Shown: positions 12,821 to 27,413, numbered from the stretch's first letter. The stretch: DNA of 64,000 bases from Octopus vulgaris (GCA_951406725.2 OX597825.1:23002001-23066000), one strand, 5' to 3'. The notes: a model not told the origin generated them from the sequence alone. Translations and numbers: made by a program.

Positions 12821-13585
12821 CCTAACTCTTCTTCATAATTGGAGTGGATAGTATACTTTTGCGGTAGTTGTTGCTTAACAGATCGTTATTGAGCTTGATC
12901 ACTTCTTCTATGCTGTTATATTAGTTTGAATGCTGTTTTATTAGTTTGAGTAAAAATAGGATCAGAGTTCCACTTGATATTCCTAGCATTCTTAAGCTAT
13001 TAAAACTATTGCAGAAAATATTATGATGAATTAATTTTCATGCTTGTGCTCCGTGGAGCGTTGTATTAATTTAAGCGGAAATAATTTAATTTCAACGGAA
13101 ATAGTTAAAAGATTGTTGGAACCCCGTTACTAAGAATTACTTTCAAAAGATATTTTATGAAAACAATATTTATGCGAACAGCGATTAGTAAAAGTCATTT
13201 GTTAGAGTTTGTAGAAAATTGAAAGAGAGAAAATGCACTGATAAGGCTGTTTATTGATCTCAGCTAATTGAATTAAAAATGAAAAAGAAAATATACTGTA
13301 AAGAAGAAAATATACCCAAACATTGTATCAAACGTAAACGTTCTTAATCACACGACAAATTTAATTTGACGCCAGATTTGAGAAAATTTATTTGTGTCTA
13401 AGTGAACCGGGTTTTAATTACGTAAAATGACAAATGATGATTAACCATCCGAGATATCTGAGGAAGTAAGTTGTCCAGCTGAATGATTGAGATGTCTTCT
13501 TGGCAGTTCAAAGGTCAACATCTGTTGACTGACAATATAATTAAGACATAAGTAAAATTTAATAACCACTAAAGTAATCTTTTCT

Positions 13586-14181
13586 ACTCTAGGCACAAGG
13601 CCCGAAATTTTGAGGCAGGGGGCCAGTCGATTAGATCAACCCCTGTACGCAACTGGTACTTAATTCATCGACTCCGAAAGGATGAAAGGCAAAGTCGACC
13701 TTGGCGGAGTTTGAACTCAGAACGTAAAGACAGACGAAATACCAATTTCTTTACTACCCAAAGGGGCTAAGCACAGAGAGGACAAACAAGAACAGACAAA
13801 CGGATTAATTCGATTATGTCGACCCCAGTGATTAACTAGTATTTATTTAATCGACCCCGAAAGGATGAAAGGCAAAGTCGACCTCGACGGGATTTGATCT
13901 CAGAACGTAACGGCAGACGAAATACCGCCAAGCCTTTCGCCCGGCGTGTAAACGTTTCTTATTTCTTTATTGCCCGCAAGGGGCTAAACACAGAGGGGAC
14001 AAACAAGGACAGACAAAGGGATTAAGTCGATTACATTGACCCCAGTGACTAATTTGTACTTAATTTATCGACCCCGGTAGGATGAGAGGCAAAGTCGACC
14101 TCGGGGGAGTTTGAACTCAAAACGTAAATACCGCTAAGCATTTCGCCCGACGTGCTAACGTTTCTGCCAGGTCACCACCTC
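13586..14181 (-). mobile_element. SINE family B trimer (B1-B1-B2 tails)
   Basis: Three tandem cores. Only the first unit has the complete head. Confidence 0.9.
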
Positions 14182-14303
14182 AAAACTTCATATGATGAAT
14201 TTAGTCGGACACTGAGCCCTTTCTGCTAATCAATGTCGTAAAAAGGGAAGAATTCATATTAGAAGAAGATGACAATTTGTAGAGTTAATATAGCAAAATA
14301 GTC

Positions 14304-14865
14304 AGGCGGCAAACCGGTAAAATCGTTAGCACGCCGGGTAAAATGCTTAGCGACATTTCGTCCATCTACACGATCTAAGTTCAAATTCCGCCGAAGTCGA
14401 TTTCGCCATTCATTATTTCGGGGTCGATAGAATAAGTACCAGTTAAGCACTAGGGTCGAGTTAATCAATTCACCACTTCCCCCGACGTTGTTGGCCTTGT
14501 GCCAGAATTTGGGTCGATAAATTAAATATCAGTTACGCACTGGGGTCGATCTAATCGACTTAATCCCTTTGTCTGTCCTTGTTTGTCCCCTCTATGTTTA
14601 GCCCCTTGTGGGCAATACAGAAATAAGAATTTGTAATCAATATAGAGAACTGGTAAGGCGGTAAGCTGGCAGAATGGTTGCCTCGCCGTGGAAAATCCTG
14701 CCAAGCATTTTATGCGTGTGTGCTTCCTCAGTTCATGTAACGCAGAGTTCGAATTTGTCTCTCATCCTTTAGGGGTTGATAAAATAAGTACCAATTCTAT
14801 ACTAGTGTCGACGTAATCGACTTATGCCCTCCCCCGAAATGCTGGCTTTGTGCTAAAATTTCAAA
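14304..14865 (+). mobile_element. Cluster of SINE family B copies (B2, partial B1, B2)
   Basis: Heads at 14304 and 14655. B1 tail at 14510-14628. Confidence 0.8.
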
Positions 14866-15206
14866 TCCATATAGACGAATGACGTTCATAGACATGGGGT
14901 AGAATGTCACTCGGGATTTATTCCTAATCTCTGAGTGCAAATTCCTCCGAGGTCTGCATTGCTCTCATCCATCTGAGATGGTTAAATAAAGCAGGAGTAC
15001 TCTATTTACAGAATCTGTTTCTTTCTATCAATTTTCTTTGTGTCGAGTTACTTCTCCACTTCTCTTTCATCATCTATCTTTCTGTTGTGTCGACGCCTCC
15101 AGACGATGAAGTAGGCTAGCCCAATACGCAGATATAGAGGGAGAAGTCTAGACGTCGATGGGTTGAGTAGAGGTCATCCGAACGTGCGATATAACACTTT
15201 CGATAT

Positions 15207-15440
15207 TTAAGGCGGCGAGCTGGCAGAAACGTTAGCACGCCGGGCGAAATTCGTAGCCGTAATTCGTCTGCCGTTACATTCTGAGTTCAAATTCCGCCGA
15301 GCTCGACTTTGCCTTTCATCCTTTCGGGGTCGATAAATTAAGTACCAGTTATGCACTAGAGTCGATGTAATCGACTTAATTCGTTTGTCTGTCCTTGTAT
15401 GCCCCCTCTGTGTTTAGCTCCTTGTGGGTAGTAAGGAAAA
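15207..15440 (+). mobile_element. SINE family B1 monomer with 18-bp TSD
   Basis: TSD ATATAACACTTTCGATAT at 15189-15206 / 15441-15458. B-box-like GTTCAAATTCC. Confidence 0.95.
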
Positions 15441-15801
15441 ATATAACACTTTCGATATATTTTTGAATTACCTTTATGCTGCTGTGAGATAGGTCCTTTC
15501 TCCGGTAACCTTGAAGGGTTCAACATGAAATTGACTATATCTTTTAATAGAACAAGTGATATATTGCTGAAATCGACCAAATACAGATGGGTGGGGATTA
15601 AAAAGCACGAAGCGAAAATACCCAAAAAAATAAATTGAACTTAGGAAAGAATGAAGGCAACTCAAATATTAGTCTATGGATGATAAATATGTAATTGATT
15701 TGGACGAACGGATGTGAGTATTTGAATTTGAACAGAAGCATTAGATGGAAAAATATAAATGCTGGAGATCAATAAAACAAATAACTATGGAGATACACAC
15801 T

Positions 15802-15868
<67 letters not shown>

Positions 15869-16829
15869 CTGTATGAATGTATGTATATATATATATATAT
15901 ATATATATCTGTATGAATGTATGTGTATATATATATATAATATGTGCGTCAGTGTGTGTGTGTGTGTGTGTGAATGAATGCATGGATGGATGGACGGATA
16001 GGTCGGTTGATGTGTTTGCATCGGCGAGAAATAGTGCGAGTGGATTCTTTATAGAAATAAGCCAGACTAACAGAAAATATTCATTCGCAGATCAACAGCC
16101 AAAGCTGCATTATTCATTAAGTTGCTGTGACGTAACAAAAAATATCTTTGCGTGTGGAAAAACCTGAATCTACGCAAGTGTATTACTAGATGTCATTCCG
16201 AAACTGTATATTTGAAGAACATTGGCAAAGATCATAAATTTACGGGTGAGGTTTATGTGTTGGTGTTATTGCATATAGCAGGGCCAGTTCTGATCAGCCT
16301 GACCAATAAGTAAAGGTCTTCAAACTAATTTCAACGGGTGGGGGTTACATAGGCAACGAACAACTCATAACGCTGTGTCTCTACAGTCACGTTCTTTATC
16401 AAAAACCGCATTTTCCAGTGTCCTCCCATTTTTAAAACGGTAGAGGGCGGGTTTACCAATAATTTCTCTGCTATATTTGGCCATGTTGATAAATCTATAG
16501 GCACTCTTTCGACGACTCATCTTTGGTTATAGGTTATCGTTATTAAAACAAGATGGATGAGTGTACGTCAGCGAGATATATTGGGAGCGGGTTCTTGATA
16601 GATACAGCGGGTTAACAACAAATAACCATGCCCAATTATTTCATCAACTCACTCACCACGGAAGGAACGGATATCAGAAAAGCATCGATATCTCCAAGGG
16701 TATTGATATTCATCCAAGAAAGACAGACCATTGAGTATATTGTAAATATTCAGTCTGTTTTTTAATATTTGTCTCTGTAAACATTTATTACAGTGAAATA
16801 TTGATTTTTATTCAATTATATATAAATAC

Positions 16830-17007
<178 letters not shown>

Positions 17008-17389
17008 TATATTGTTCTCATTGAAAGTTTCAACTATGGTACCTGGATGATAAATATCAAGGAGGTTTGTTACTGATTTATTTAGTTTTTATTTAGAATC
17101 TTTGAAATCGGGAATGCTGGGGGGGAAGAACGAATTATATTGAAACAAAAATAAATATGGCGAGAGACGTGTGAGATGTGTGTGAGTGTGAACGCTGAAG
17201 ACAAAGACAGCTGTATATATCTGTGTATGTATGTATGTATGTATGTATGTATGTATGTATGTATGTATGTATGTATGTATGTATGTATGTATCTATGCAT
17301 GTAGGTATGTATGTATGTATATATATATATGTAAACATACATATATATGTATACATACATGTATATGTATACATACATATATATGTATA

Positions 17390-17423
<34 letters not shown>

Positions 17424-17435
17424 CATGTATGTATG

Positions 17436-17466
<31 letters not shown>

Positions 17467-17483
17467 CTATATATATATACATA

Positions 17484-17553
<70 letters not shown>

Positions 17554-17902
17554 TACATGTATGTATGAAATACATGTATACTTATATACGAGTTTGTATC
17601 TGTGTGCGTACGTGTGTGTGTCTGTCTGTGTGTCTGTCTGTGTGTGTGTCTGTGTGTCTCTGTGTGTGTGTGTGTGTGTGTGTGTGTAAAGAAACAGATG
17701 GAGAGAGATAGGGAAGAAGGAGAAAAAGATCAATAATTCTTCTGTTGTGGAAATCAAACAAAGATATATGATTAATCAGCTATATTTTCTCAAGCTGCAG
17801 GCGAAAGACAAGTCTAGTCTGAATGAAGACAATCCGTTGCTACTCAGACAAGATATATACATGTAGAGATGGATACATACATTGATGCATACATACACAC
17901 AA

Positions 17903-17995
<93 letters not shown>

Positions 17996-18006
17996 CAGAC
18001 AGACAA

Positions 18007-18085
<79 letters not shown>

Positions 18086-18759
18086 TACTGCGTTATCTAT
18101 CAACACCGCATGTATTTAACTACTAATTATGTTAACACCTATACATAATTATGTGTGTATATGTTGTCTACAAGTGAGACGACAGTGTGGATAATTCACT
18201 AAATCACTTGCTCCGTTGCGTCTACTTTGATTTACTGACCAACACGTCATTCTACATTGCTTGAATTTGCCCAGTTTTCGGACATCTCTACCAAATATAT
18301 TTATTGCATGTCACTCTGTGATAAATGACAACATATCCAGGGAGTATTTTTCATTCACATCCAAAATAACTGTGTGACTCCACCATCCGTTAGCACTTTT
18401 CCTATGCAGACATTTTCCGCCATGATGTAATTTTGTTATAAATTATACGTTTTTTATTTTATATTTTTAGACCTTTGCTCGCCATGGTCTAATTTTATTA
18501 TAAATTATCCGTTTTTTTTTTGTTTTATTTTTTAACCATATGTTCTAGTTTACTATATATACTATGTGCTATATAGATTTATAGCATGGATATCTTGAGT
18601 GATTCCCGCGATACAGGACGAATACTATATTCATTCTATGACGTAGGAGTCCTTGGCGATATACATGTTCAAACACTGTCATTTATCGCTTCTGTTTATT
18701 CAATTATTATTTTGTTTTTGTACAGATTATATTTCAGATTATATTATATACTGCAATGT

Positions 18760-19570
18760 GGGGAAGTTTGTAGCTTAGTGGTTAAGGTACTGGGCTCATG
18801 ATCGAAAGAATGTCGTTTCGATTTCTGAACAGGGCGATGCGTTGCGTTCTTAAGTAAAACACTTCATTTTATTGGGTTGTCCGAAAAGTCCGTGCTGATT
18901 TTTAAAGGAAAGAAAAAGGTCAATAAATACTTGCCATTACATTTTTAATCAACCAAACATCAACCATTTTGTTGCAAAATGCGTCTCCATCTTTCCTTTA
19001 ACTTGAAAATACCCTCTTCCCAAAAATGAGGTGGTTTCATGGCAAAGAATTCATCAAGGTATCTTTTTACGTCATCCAAGAATTGAAAATTTTTAGCATT
19101 AAGATAATTCTGCAGAGAACTGAATAAATGGAAAGCCGAAGGAGCAATATCTGGTGAATATGGAGTGTGGGATGACACATCTCAGCCGAGCTGCAGCAAT
19201 TTTTGTCTGGCTCCCAAAGCATCAAGTGCCGAAAATGAACTTTCTTATCTTCCATTTTAAAGGGTTACAGTATTAACACAGGTTATACGAATATGAACCT
19301 TCTTCCACGAAAAGATAGTTTAAACTGTGATGTAAATGGAGGTGTAGTCAAATCCTATTTTATGGATTCAATCATATTCTAAATTAAGTCGAAACGTAAG
19401 CTACTATAAATCGGCACGAACTTTCCGGACAACCCAATACATTACTCCTGTACAGTCAGTGGGCAAAAGTGACTCATTCCTCAATCTACCTGCGTCCCGT
19501 CCATGGGTTGGGGGAAGCCAGAACACCAGCCCTATGAGTATATGACTCGGGAATGGGCTTTATTCTTCTT
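18760..19570 (+). mobile_element. SINE family D copy interrupted by a mariner
   Basis: 18760-18871 and 19438-19570 join to match 47821-48083 (ACTTCATTT|TA|CATTACTCC). Confidence 0.75.
18872..19437 (-). mobile_element. Internally deleted mariner transposon (566 bp)
   Basis: ~30-bp TIRs TTGGGTTGTCCGAAAAGTCCGTGCTGATTT / AAATCGGCACGAACTTTCCGGACAACCCAA and a TA TSD. N-terminus MEDKKVHFRHLMLWE is joined to the C-terminus PYSPDIAPSAFHLFSSLQN...GIFKLKERW. Confidence 0.95.
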
Positions 19571-19584
19571 TTTTTTTATAATTT

Positions 19585-19980
19585 ATAAAGAAAGCTAACC
19601 AGAAGAGAATTAATGCATTCGAGCTTTGGTTTTGGAGAAGCTTTTGCGGATTCCATGCACATCGCGGCTCACCGATGGAGAAGTTCTTAAGCAGATAGGG
19701 CTGAAAATGTCGCTAGAAGCTAGGATCACCAAGCATAAATTGGCATATTTCGGTCATATTATGCGGAGAAAATCCCCGGAGAAGGACATCATTCACGGAA
19801 TGGTCAGTGGCAAGAGAGGAAGAGGCCGACCAAGAACCCGCTGGCCTGACACCATCAAGAGTGATACCGGAATGGACATAGCCAATCTGAAAGAAGCGGC
19901 CCAGGATAGAACTGACTGGAGGACACTGATCCAACGAGTGAGCGAGAGTCGACTTCGACTGAGCGGATAAAAGAAAGAAA
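19585..19980 (+). mobile_element. RTE-clade LINE 3' fragment
   Basis: RINAFELW / LLRIP...KLAYFGHIMRR...GKRGRGRPRTRW.D.IK...AQDRTDWR, followed by an (AAAG)n tail. Confidence 0.9.
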
Positions 19981-20137
19981 TCTTCATGACTTGTTTTTCG
20001 CAAAAAAATATTTTACAGTGAGCAGCATTCTAATGATAGAGGTGACAGTGACCTGCACAATTGTTACGAGATCGTATCTCAGCTTCTATGAGTTCTGTCG
20101 GAAAAGCATTAGAAGAGACACCTGTTCTGCACCTTCA

Positions 20138-20365
20138 CTCTTTTCTTTTACTCGTTTAATTGCTTCAGTCATTTGACTGCGGCCATGCTGGAGCACCGCC
20201 TTTTAGTCGAAGAAATCAACCCCTCATCTTAGTCTTTGTAAGCCTAGTAGTTATTCCATCGGTTTCTTTTAGCGAGGTGCTAGATTACAAGGACGTAAAC
20301 ACACCAACATCGGTTGTCAAGCGATGATGATGGGGGAACAAATACAGACACGCAAATACACACAC

Positions 20366-20440
<75 letters not shown>

Positions 20441-20603
20441 TACGACATACTTCTTTCAATTTCCGTCAACAATATCCTCTCACAAGACTTTGGTCAGCCA
20501 GAGGCTATAGTAAAAAACACCTGCCCAAGGTGCCACGCAGTGAGACTGAACCCTGAACCATGTGATTGGGAATCACACAACCACACAACTACTCCTGCGC
20601 CTA
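20138..20603 (-). mobile_element. SINE family A copy with internal (GATA)n
   Basis: Reverse complement of the family A head and tail. Confidence 0.9.
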
Positions 20604-20653
20604 AAATTCTAATAATGTACTTTGAACCACATTAATCTAAGGCTCCATAAAAA

Positions 20654-21735
20654 AATGTCACGGTTAGGAGCCACTGCTAACACCAATGATATATTAAGAA
20701 TATAGTGAAGGCGGCGAGCTGGCAGAAACGTTAGCACGCCAGGTGAAATGCATAGCCGTATTTCGTCTGTCGTTACGTTCCGAGTTCAAATTCCGCCGAG
20801 GTCGACTTTGCCTTTCATCCTTTCAGGGTCGATAAATTAAGTACCAGTTACGCACTGGGGTCGATGTAATCGACTTAATCCGTTTGTCTGTCCTTGTTTG
20901 TCCCCTCTGTGTTTAGCCCCTTGTGGTGATAAAGAAATAGAAATAGGTATTTCGTCTGTCGTTACGTTCCGACTTCAAATTCCGCCGGGGTCGACTTTGC
21001 CTTTCATCCTTTCAGGGTCGATAAATTAAGTACCAGTTACGCACTGGTGTCGATGTAATCGACTTAATCCGTTTGTCTGTCCTTGTTTGTCCCCTCTGTA
21101 TTTAGCCCCTTGTGGGTAGTAAAAAATAGGTATTTCATCTGTAGTAAAGAAATATATATTAAGAATATAGCATTAGGAGTCGCCATAGTAGGCGAAGGGT
21201 TAAAAACTGCTGAATTACTTGCAAATAGACTTGGATATAAAACCAATTTTGATTCACTCATTATTTCTAGATTTCACATTTCGTTTCATTTACCTGAATT
21301 TCGCATGAACTATCAACAAGTATTTATTTAACATATGCTCTATGCATATTAATTGTATCGTAGATAAGGTTCCACGCATTGTGCAATAGTTGCATGTTTT
21401 GTTTCATTTGTTATTTTTTTCAAACTTTCAATGTATGCAAACCGTATTTTGTAGAGAAATCGATTTACAACAAAATAAAGATAAGACTGTCATGCGAAAG
21501 AAGATAACTATGGCAACTACTTCGAAATTACCAGCTTCTATGCTCGGTAGGTAGATTCGCATTTATAACAGTGATAACTAGTACACTTGGATTTGTCAGC
21601 GAATGCCAAAGTGCAAACAGAAAAGCAGAAATCAACCAGTTAAAACGCATGTTACAGACACACTCTATCAGCGGAACAGTAACAATATGCAAAGATTTTC
21701 TACTGTTTTTATTATCTACGTTGTATTTTTGTTAA
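20654..21735 (+). pseudogene. Decayed exons of tandem unknown family (copy 2), split by SINE B
   Basis: Removing the SINE and one TSD gives RSHC*HQ*YIKNIALGVAIVGEGLKTAELLANRL. 21427-21735 reads FNVCKPYFVEKSIYNK..SCERR*LW..LCSVGRFAFIT...SISGTVTICKDFLLFLLSTLYFC* with one internal stop. Confidence 0.55.
20706..21153 (+). mobile_element. SINE family B1 dimer with one 17-bp TSD
   Basis: TSD ATATATTAAGAATATAG at 20689-20705 / 21154-21170. Confidence 0.95.
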
Positions 21736-21827
21736 GTACCGGAATTTTCCTTACGGGAAAACTTGAAATAATTAAAACAAAGAAAACACACAATACGAAG
21801 AAATCATACAAAGTAAACATACATTTA

Positions 21828-21997
21828 TAGGCGTAGGAGTGGCTGTGTGGTAAGTAGCTAGTTTACCAACCACATGGTTCCGGGAGTTCAGTCCCACTGC
21901 GTGGCACCTTGGGCAAGTGTGTCTTCTACTATAGCCTTGGGCTGACCAAAGGTTTGTGAATGGATTTGGTTGACAGAAACTGAAAGAAGCCCGTCCA

Positions 21998-22028
<31 letters not shown>

Positions 22029-22102
22029 TGTGTGTGTTTGTCTCACCAACATCGCTTGGCAACCGATGATAGTGTGTTTACGTCCCCGTAACTTAGCGGT
22101 TC
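21828..22102 (+). mobile_element. SINE family A, 3' truncated
   Basis: Head and body match 61082-61440. Confidence 0.9.
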
Positions 22103-22404
22103 TTCAAAGTAAGAATGACCATTTTCTAACCCTGTAGTTCTTCGTAGCATATAGCTATTTATAGTGTAGAACGGTTAAATTGCCCTTTCCCTCAAAGGGG
22201 ATTGGCCGAACCGAGACTATAGAAAATATGTTTACCGATATAATTTCAAATTATTTTATATACTTGATAAAGTTATTCATGCGTAGTTCTAACACAGTGT
22301 TTTTCGGCTTAGGCCATAGATTTTATAAGAAGGATGCCGTAAGAGAAAGACGATAATAATTTCACCTCCGACTGAATATAGGATAATAGAGAGAGAAAGA
22401 GAGA

Positions 22405-22448
<44 letters not shown>

Positions 22449-22518
22449 GGTGGGGAGAGAAAGAGAGCATGTGAGGTTCAAGCTGGCAGAAATCTTGATT
22501 CTATTCTTATTGCCATAA

Positions 22519-22940
22519 AAGGCAGCGAGTTGGCAGAGACGTTAGCGCGCCGGGCGAAATGCTGAGGGGTATTTCGTCTGCCGTTACGTTCTGAGTTCAA
22601 ATTACGCCGAGTTCGACTTTGCCTTTCATCCTTTCGGGGTCGATAAATAAAGTACCAGTTTCGCACTGGGGTTGATATAATCGACTTAATCCCTTTGTCT
22701 GTCCTTGTTTGTCCCCTCTACGTCTCTATGTTTAGCCTCTTGTGGGTAATAAAGAAATAGGTATTTCGTCTGCCGTTACGTTCTGAGTTCAGATTCCGCT
22801 GAGGTCGACTTTACCTTTCATCCTTTCGTGGTCGATAAATAAAGTACCAGTTTCGCACTGGGGTCGATGTAATCGACTTAATCCCTTTGTCCTTGTTTGA
22901 CCCCTCTATGTTATCCCCCTGTGGGTAGTAAAGAAATATA
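22519..22940 (+). mobile_element. SINE family B1 dimer with one 13-bp TSD
   Basis: TSD CTTATTGCCATAA at 22506-22518 / 22943-22955. Confidence 0.95.
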
Positions 22941-23494
22941 TACTTATTGCCATAATAACAACTTTGCTTTTAAACAGCGATATTTGGATGGTTATCTATG
23001 TGTTAGTGAAGGTCAACACTAATATTTACTAGAGGATCGAATTTTGAGAGATTGTTCAATTTTCATAAGCGTTACCAGGTGGCGTAGCAATTTCAATATA
23101 AGTTACATAAGAATGGGAATGACATCAGAGAAGAACGGTGCCTCACTCCATGCACTCTTTTACTTTTAAGGGATTCCAGACTTGTGAACTTTGATTCAGA
23201 AGCTTTGTTTACATATGGATCGATCTGGCTGTCGTCCTGGTCTATCTCAAAGGTTGTGGCGCAGACCTCTACTATCAAGAAACGGCGAGTACTTTTCCAT
23301 TGTCTTTAATAGCAACAGAACAAGTAGTAAAAGTAGCAGCAGCAGCAGCGGCAGCAGTAGTTGTAGTTGTAGTAGTAGTAAAGTCGATAAGTAATAATAT
23401 TAGTTAGTGTTTTAATTCCATTATAAAAATCCATATTTTTTATTATAAGAACAGCGTTTATAACTTACTGTATTCGTTGATGTATAAACGTAGA

Positions 23495-23645
23495 AACACA
23501 CGCATAGACACACATACACGCATAGACATATATACACGCATAGTTACACATACACATTCAAACACATAGACACACATACACGCATAGACACACATACACA
23601 TTCAAACACATAGACACACATGCACGCACATATGCACACACATGC
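23495..23645. repeat. Degenerate ~18-bp CA-rich minisatellite
   Basis: CACACATACACGCATAGA-type units. Confidence 0.75.
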
Positions 23646-23865
23646 AATTACATAACAGGAACGCCAGCTCGCTTATGGATTTCACAGATTCAAAACTACG
23701 CTGAATACACAAGAATACATTCATATTTTAAAGAGCATGACCAAATGCGTATGTGGATATTTATACATGTATATAATATGAGTAGAATATAGTGTATCTA
23801 CCTATAGATATATACACACATATACATATATATATATGTGACCGCAGTCAAGTGTATATATGTAT

Positions 23866-24138
23866 ATCACGTGATCACGTGACCGACCAGACCATCAGAT
23901 GTTGCTACACACCGCTGGTCACAATGCGTTCGCATTGTTTGAGCCTTCGAATGACGCCACCCCGCTGGCTAAGCGAGCAGGCCAACAGAAGAGTGGTGAA
24001 AGAGTACAGCAGGGATCACCACCCCTTGCCGGAGCCTCGTGGAGCTTTTAGGTGTTTTCGCTCAATAAACACACACAACGCCCGGTCTGGGAATCGAAAC
24101 CGCGATCCTGGGAATCGAACCGCCATTGCGCCTCCACA
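23866..24138 (-). mobile_element. SINE family C2 (C head, alternative body), partly deleted
   Basis: Matches 40880-41191. Confidence 0.85.
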
Positions 24139-24409
24139 TATATGTATATATACATACATATATATAATATATATTTCATAAGGATTATTACGAAGCAGCA
24201 TTAGCATAACCTTCAAATCCCTCCCACGCACCACACTACACTACACCATACGACATTACACATCACATCATATATACATACACACGTCCAAACCACCAGC
24301 CCTCTTCCACATGCACATACATACTCTCTTATGGACACACGCACCTTCAGGTTGGAGCGAGGTCACTTGATCCTGTTATCTCCCCTACTATCCCTCTAGC
24401 GTCTAACGT

Positions 24410-24650
24410 CTGACCTCTAACGTTTGACCTCCGATCTCTGACTTCTGAAATCAGAACGCCATGTTGGATCGTTAGCCCCTACACGCATTTTTTTCTCTCC
24501 TTGTTTCTTTTCTGTGTATCTTTCTGTCGAAGAGCGTAGGCTCGAAACGTAAAAGACTTGTTTTATTTCTATTCTTGAGCGCCATACTGATACATTATTT
24601 GTTTGAACTCCACCTGCCTTCGTCTTTTGTTTATTTTCATAAACCTTCCG

Positions 24651-24652
<2 letters not shown>
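24410..24652 (+). mobile_element. Penelope-like terminal-repeat fragment ending in (TA)n
   Basis: Related to 486-690 and carries a hammerhead-like motif. Confidence 0.55.
24519..24556 (+). ncRNA. Minimal type I hammerhead-like motif (A6U variant)
   Basis: UCUUU-CUGUCGA-A-GAGC(GUAG)GCUC-GAAAC-GUA-AAAGA. Helices I and II pair perfectly. Confidence 0.6.
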
Positions 24653-24746
<94 letters not shown>

Positions 24747-24934
24747 TATATGTATATGTATAAAGCTTCAAAGAGACCTACAAATGTTTCTACTGCATCG
24801 ATTAGTAAGCTCTGCAATTGTTAACTCACTATAGTACCAGTGCAGTTTCTCCAACAAAACATTTAAGATACAGTTTGCCTACATCGCTTTGGTCGGCCCG
24901 AGGATATACTAGAAGATACTTCCCCAAAGTGCCA

Positions 24935-24985
<51 letters not shown>

Positions 24986-25146
24986 GCATATGTATGTAAG
25001 GTATGCCAGGTCTGCAAATCTAACGGTAGCTTGAAAAATAAATTTTAAGGTCCACAAAGATCAGAACTTAACCGCAATCTACGTGGCTGTCTTTGCAAAA
25101 CATTGTCTTGTTTAAAAAGCCACATCTGATGGCATGATGGTTCAAA

Positions 25147-25304
25147 GGTGTAGGTATAGGGGCTGGTCAAACTTCCCAACCACAAGCTTCCAGGTAAAGT
25201 CCCACTGCGTGGCACCTTCCGCATGCGTTTTCTGCTATAGCCTCGAGCCAACCAAAGCCTTGTCGGTGGATTTGGTAGACTGAAACTGAAAGAAACTCGT
25301 CGTG
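25147..25304 (+). mobile_element. SINE family A 5' half
   Basis: GTCCCACTGCGTGGCACC...GGATTTGGTAGACTGAAACTGAAAGAA. Confidence 0.8.
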
Positions 25305-25320
25305 TATATATATATATATA

Positions 25321-25407
<87 letters not shown>

Positions 25408-25500
25408 ATATGTATATATGTATGTATATCTATCAGTATATATGTATATATATATACACATATATACTGATAGAAAGATATACATATATACATATATATA

Positions 25501-25539
<39 letters not shown>

Positions 25540-25603
25540 GACGAGCTTCTTTCAGTTTCACACACACATGCACACATACACCCCACATAGACACACATAC
25601 ATA

Positions 25604-25661
<58 letters not shown>

Positions 25662-26259
25662 TTAGCATATACTATTTACACAGATATACAGACAAGGGAA
25701 GATAAAGACAGACAGGAAGTAAGATGGAAATAGCGAAAGAATGAGGCATCTTAGGAAGAGAAATGCAAATGTTTATCGATGATTGCATATCGTGATTTTC
25801 CAGACTTCAACTCGTGTGCGTGTGTACATATATGCATGTGTATATATATGCATGTGTACATATATGCGTGTATGTTTGTTTGAACGTGTGTATATATATG
25901 TCATTGAATGCGCAAGTAGTTTGAGAAAGAAAAAACATAAAACTACTTACTTAAAAATATATTTTCTCTTCTCTCAATATATATGCATAAGCATAGAATA
26001 GAAGTTGATATGCAAATCGAAATAAAATCGCTTACGCAATACATACATATTAATAGTTCTACGATTTGCAAGTTTGCATCGCAGTCATCAAGCAGAGCAA
26101 ACTTAGTCGGTACTTCACTAATGGACATTTTCAGAACAAAAATCAATATCACGTGATAAATTTTTCCATTACTGAATTCTTAGAGTTAATTTCATATTTA
26201 TAAAACCGTGTGCTTGCGATCATATGTATCTATGCGTATGTGTATGTGTGCACATACTT

Positions 26260-26310
<51 letters not shown>

Positions 26311-26753
26311 ACTATAATTTAATAAATATTGAAGATATAAGTGAACTACTTCAAGTTTCATGGTCGGATAATGTGGTAATTGGACTGGCAATTATAGCGC
26401 ATCATGCACAATCCGGCCTGTGCTTAAAATCAAGGTCATGGTTTCTTCGTCAAAAAGGCGAGAATAATTGATGAAAAAAGTGAAGGAAAAGTTGATAAAT
26501 ATTTTAATCAAAGACGAATAAAGTCTGTTCCTTTAACTTGCTGTATTAAGAATATTCCTGAGACTTTACATCTGAAAATTATACCCACTGGGAGAAGGGT
26601 AAATGAATTGCGAAAGACTAAAGTGTGTAAGTGTGTGTAATTTGGTGATGGGTACACTGTCTTCAATTTCGATAACAGAAACTTGTCAAGATGCACACAT
26701 CTTATAACGATTTCTGATTTCGAGTTTAAAAGGTTGGTGCTGTTCCGCGAGCG

Positions 26754-26788
<35 letters not shown>

Positions 26789-27035
26789 ACGCATGCACAC
26801 ACACACCGAAACGTATTTGATTGTGAGATGGGTGTGACGGTGCGAGTGAGTATGTGTATATGTGTATATAAAGCAAAAGTTGCAGATAAATAGGTGAGAG
26901 AAAGAGAGTAATGCAAATGTATTTTATAGAGTAACACAACACTGTAACCATCTATGAGGCTATGATGCAAAGGAAATTTGCGTGAGGTATCTGATGTATA
27001 TAGCTGACAAGCTAACACTCGGGCCTCTCATTTGA

Positions 27036-27131
27036 GGGCAAGTGTCTTCTGCTATAGCCCCGGGCCGACCAATGCCTTGTGAGTGGATTTGGTAGACGGA
27101 AACTGAAAGAAGCCTGTCGTATATATGTATA

Positions 27132-27202
<71 letters not shown>

Positions 27203-27413
27203 GTTTGTGTGTCTGTGTTTGTCCCCCTAGCATTGCTTGACAACCGATGCTGGTGTGTTTACGTCCCCGTCACTTAGCGGTTCGGCAAAAGAGACCGATA
27301 GAATAAGTACTGGGCTTACAAAGAATAAGTCCCGGGGTCGATTTGCTCGACTAAAGGCGGTGCTCCAGCATGGCCGCAGTCAAATGACTGAAACAAGTAA
27401 AAGAGTTAAAAGA

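Noticed and set aside
26500-26600. SVPLTCCIKN as a tetraspanin PxxCC motif
   Set aside because: No CCG motif in frame and no transmembrane exons found. A single short motif is insufficient.
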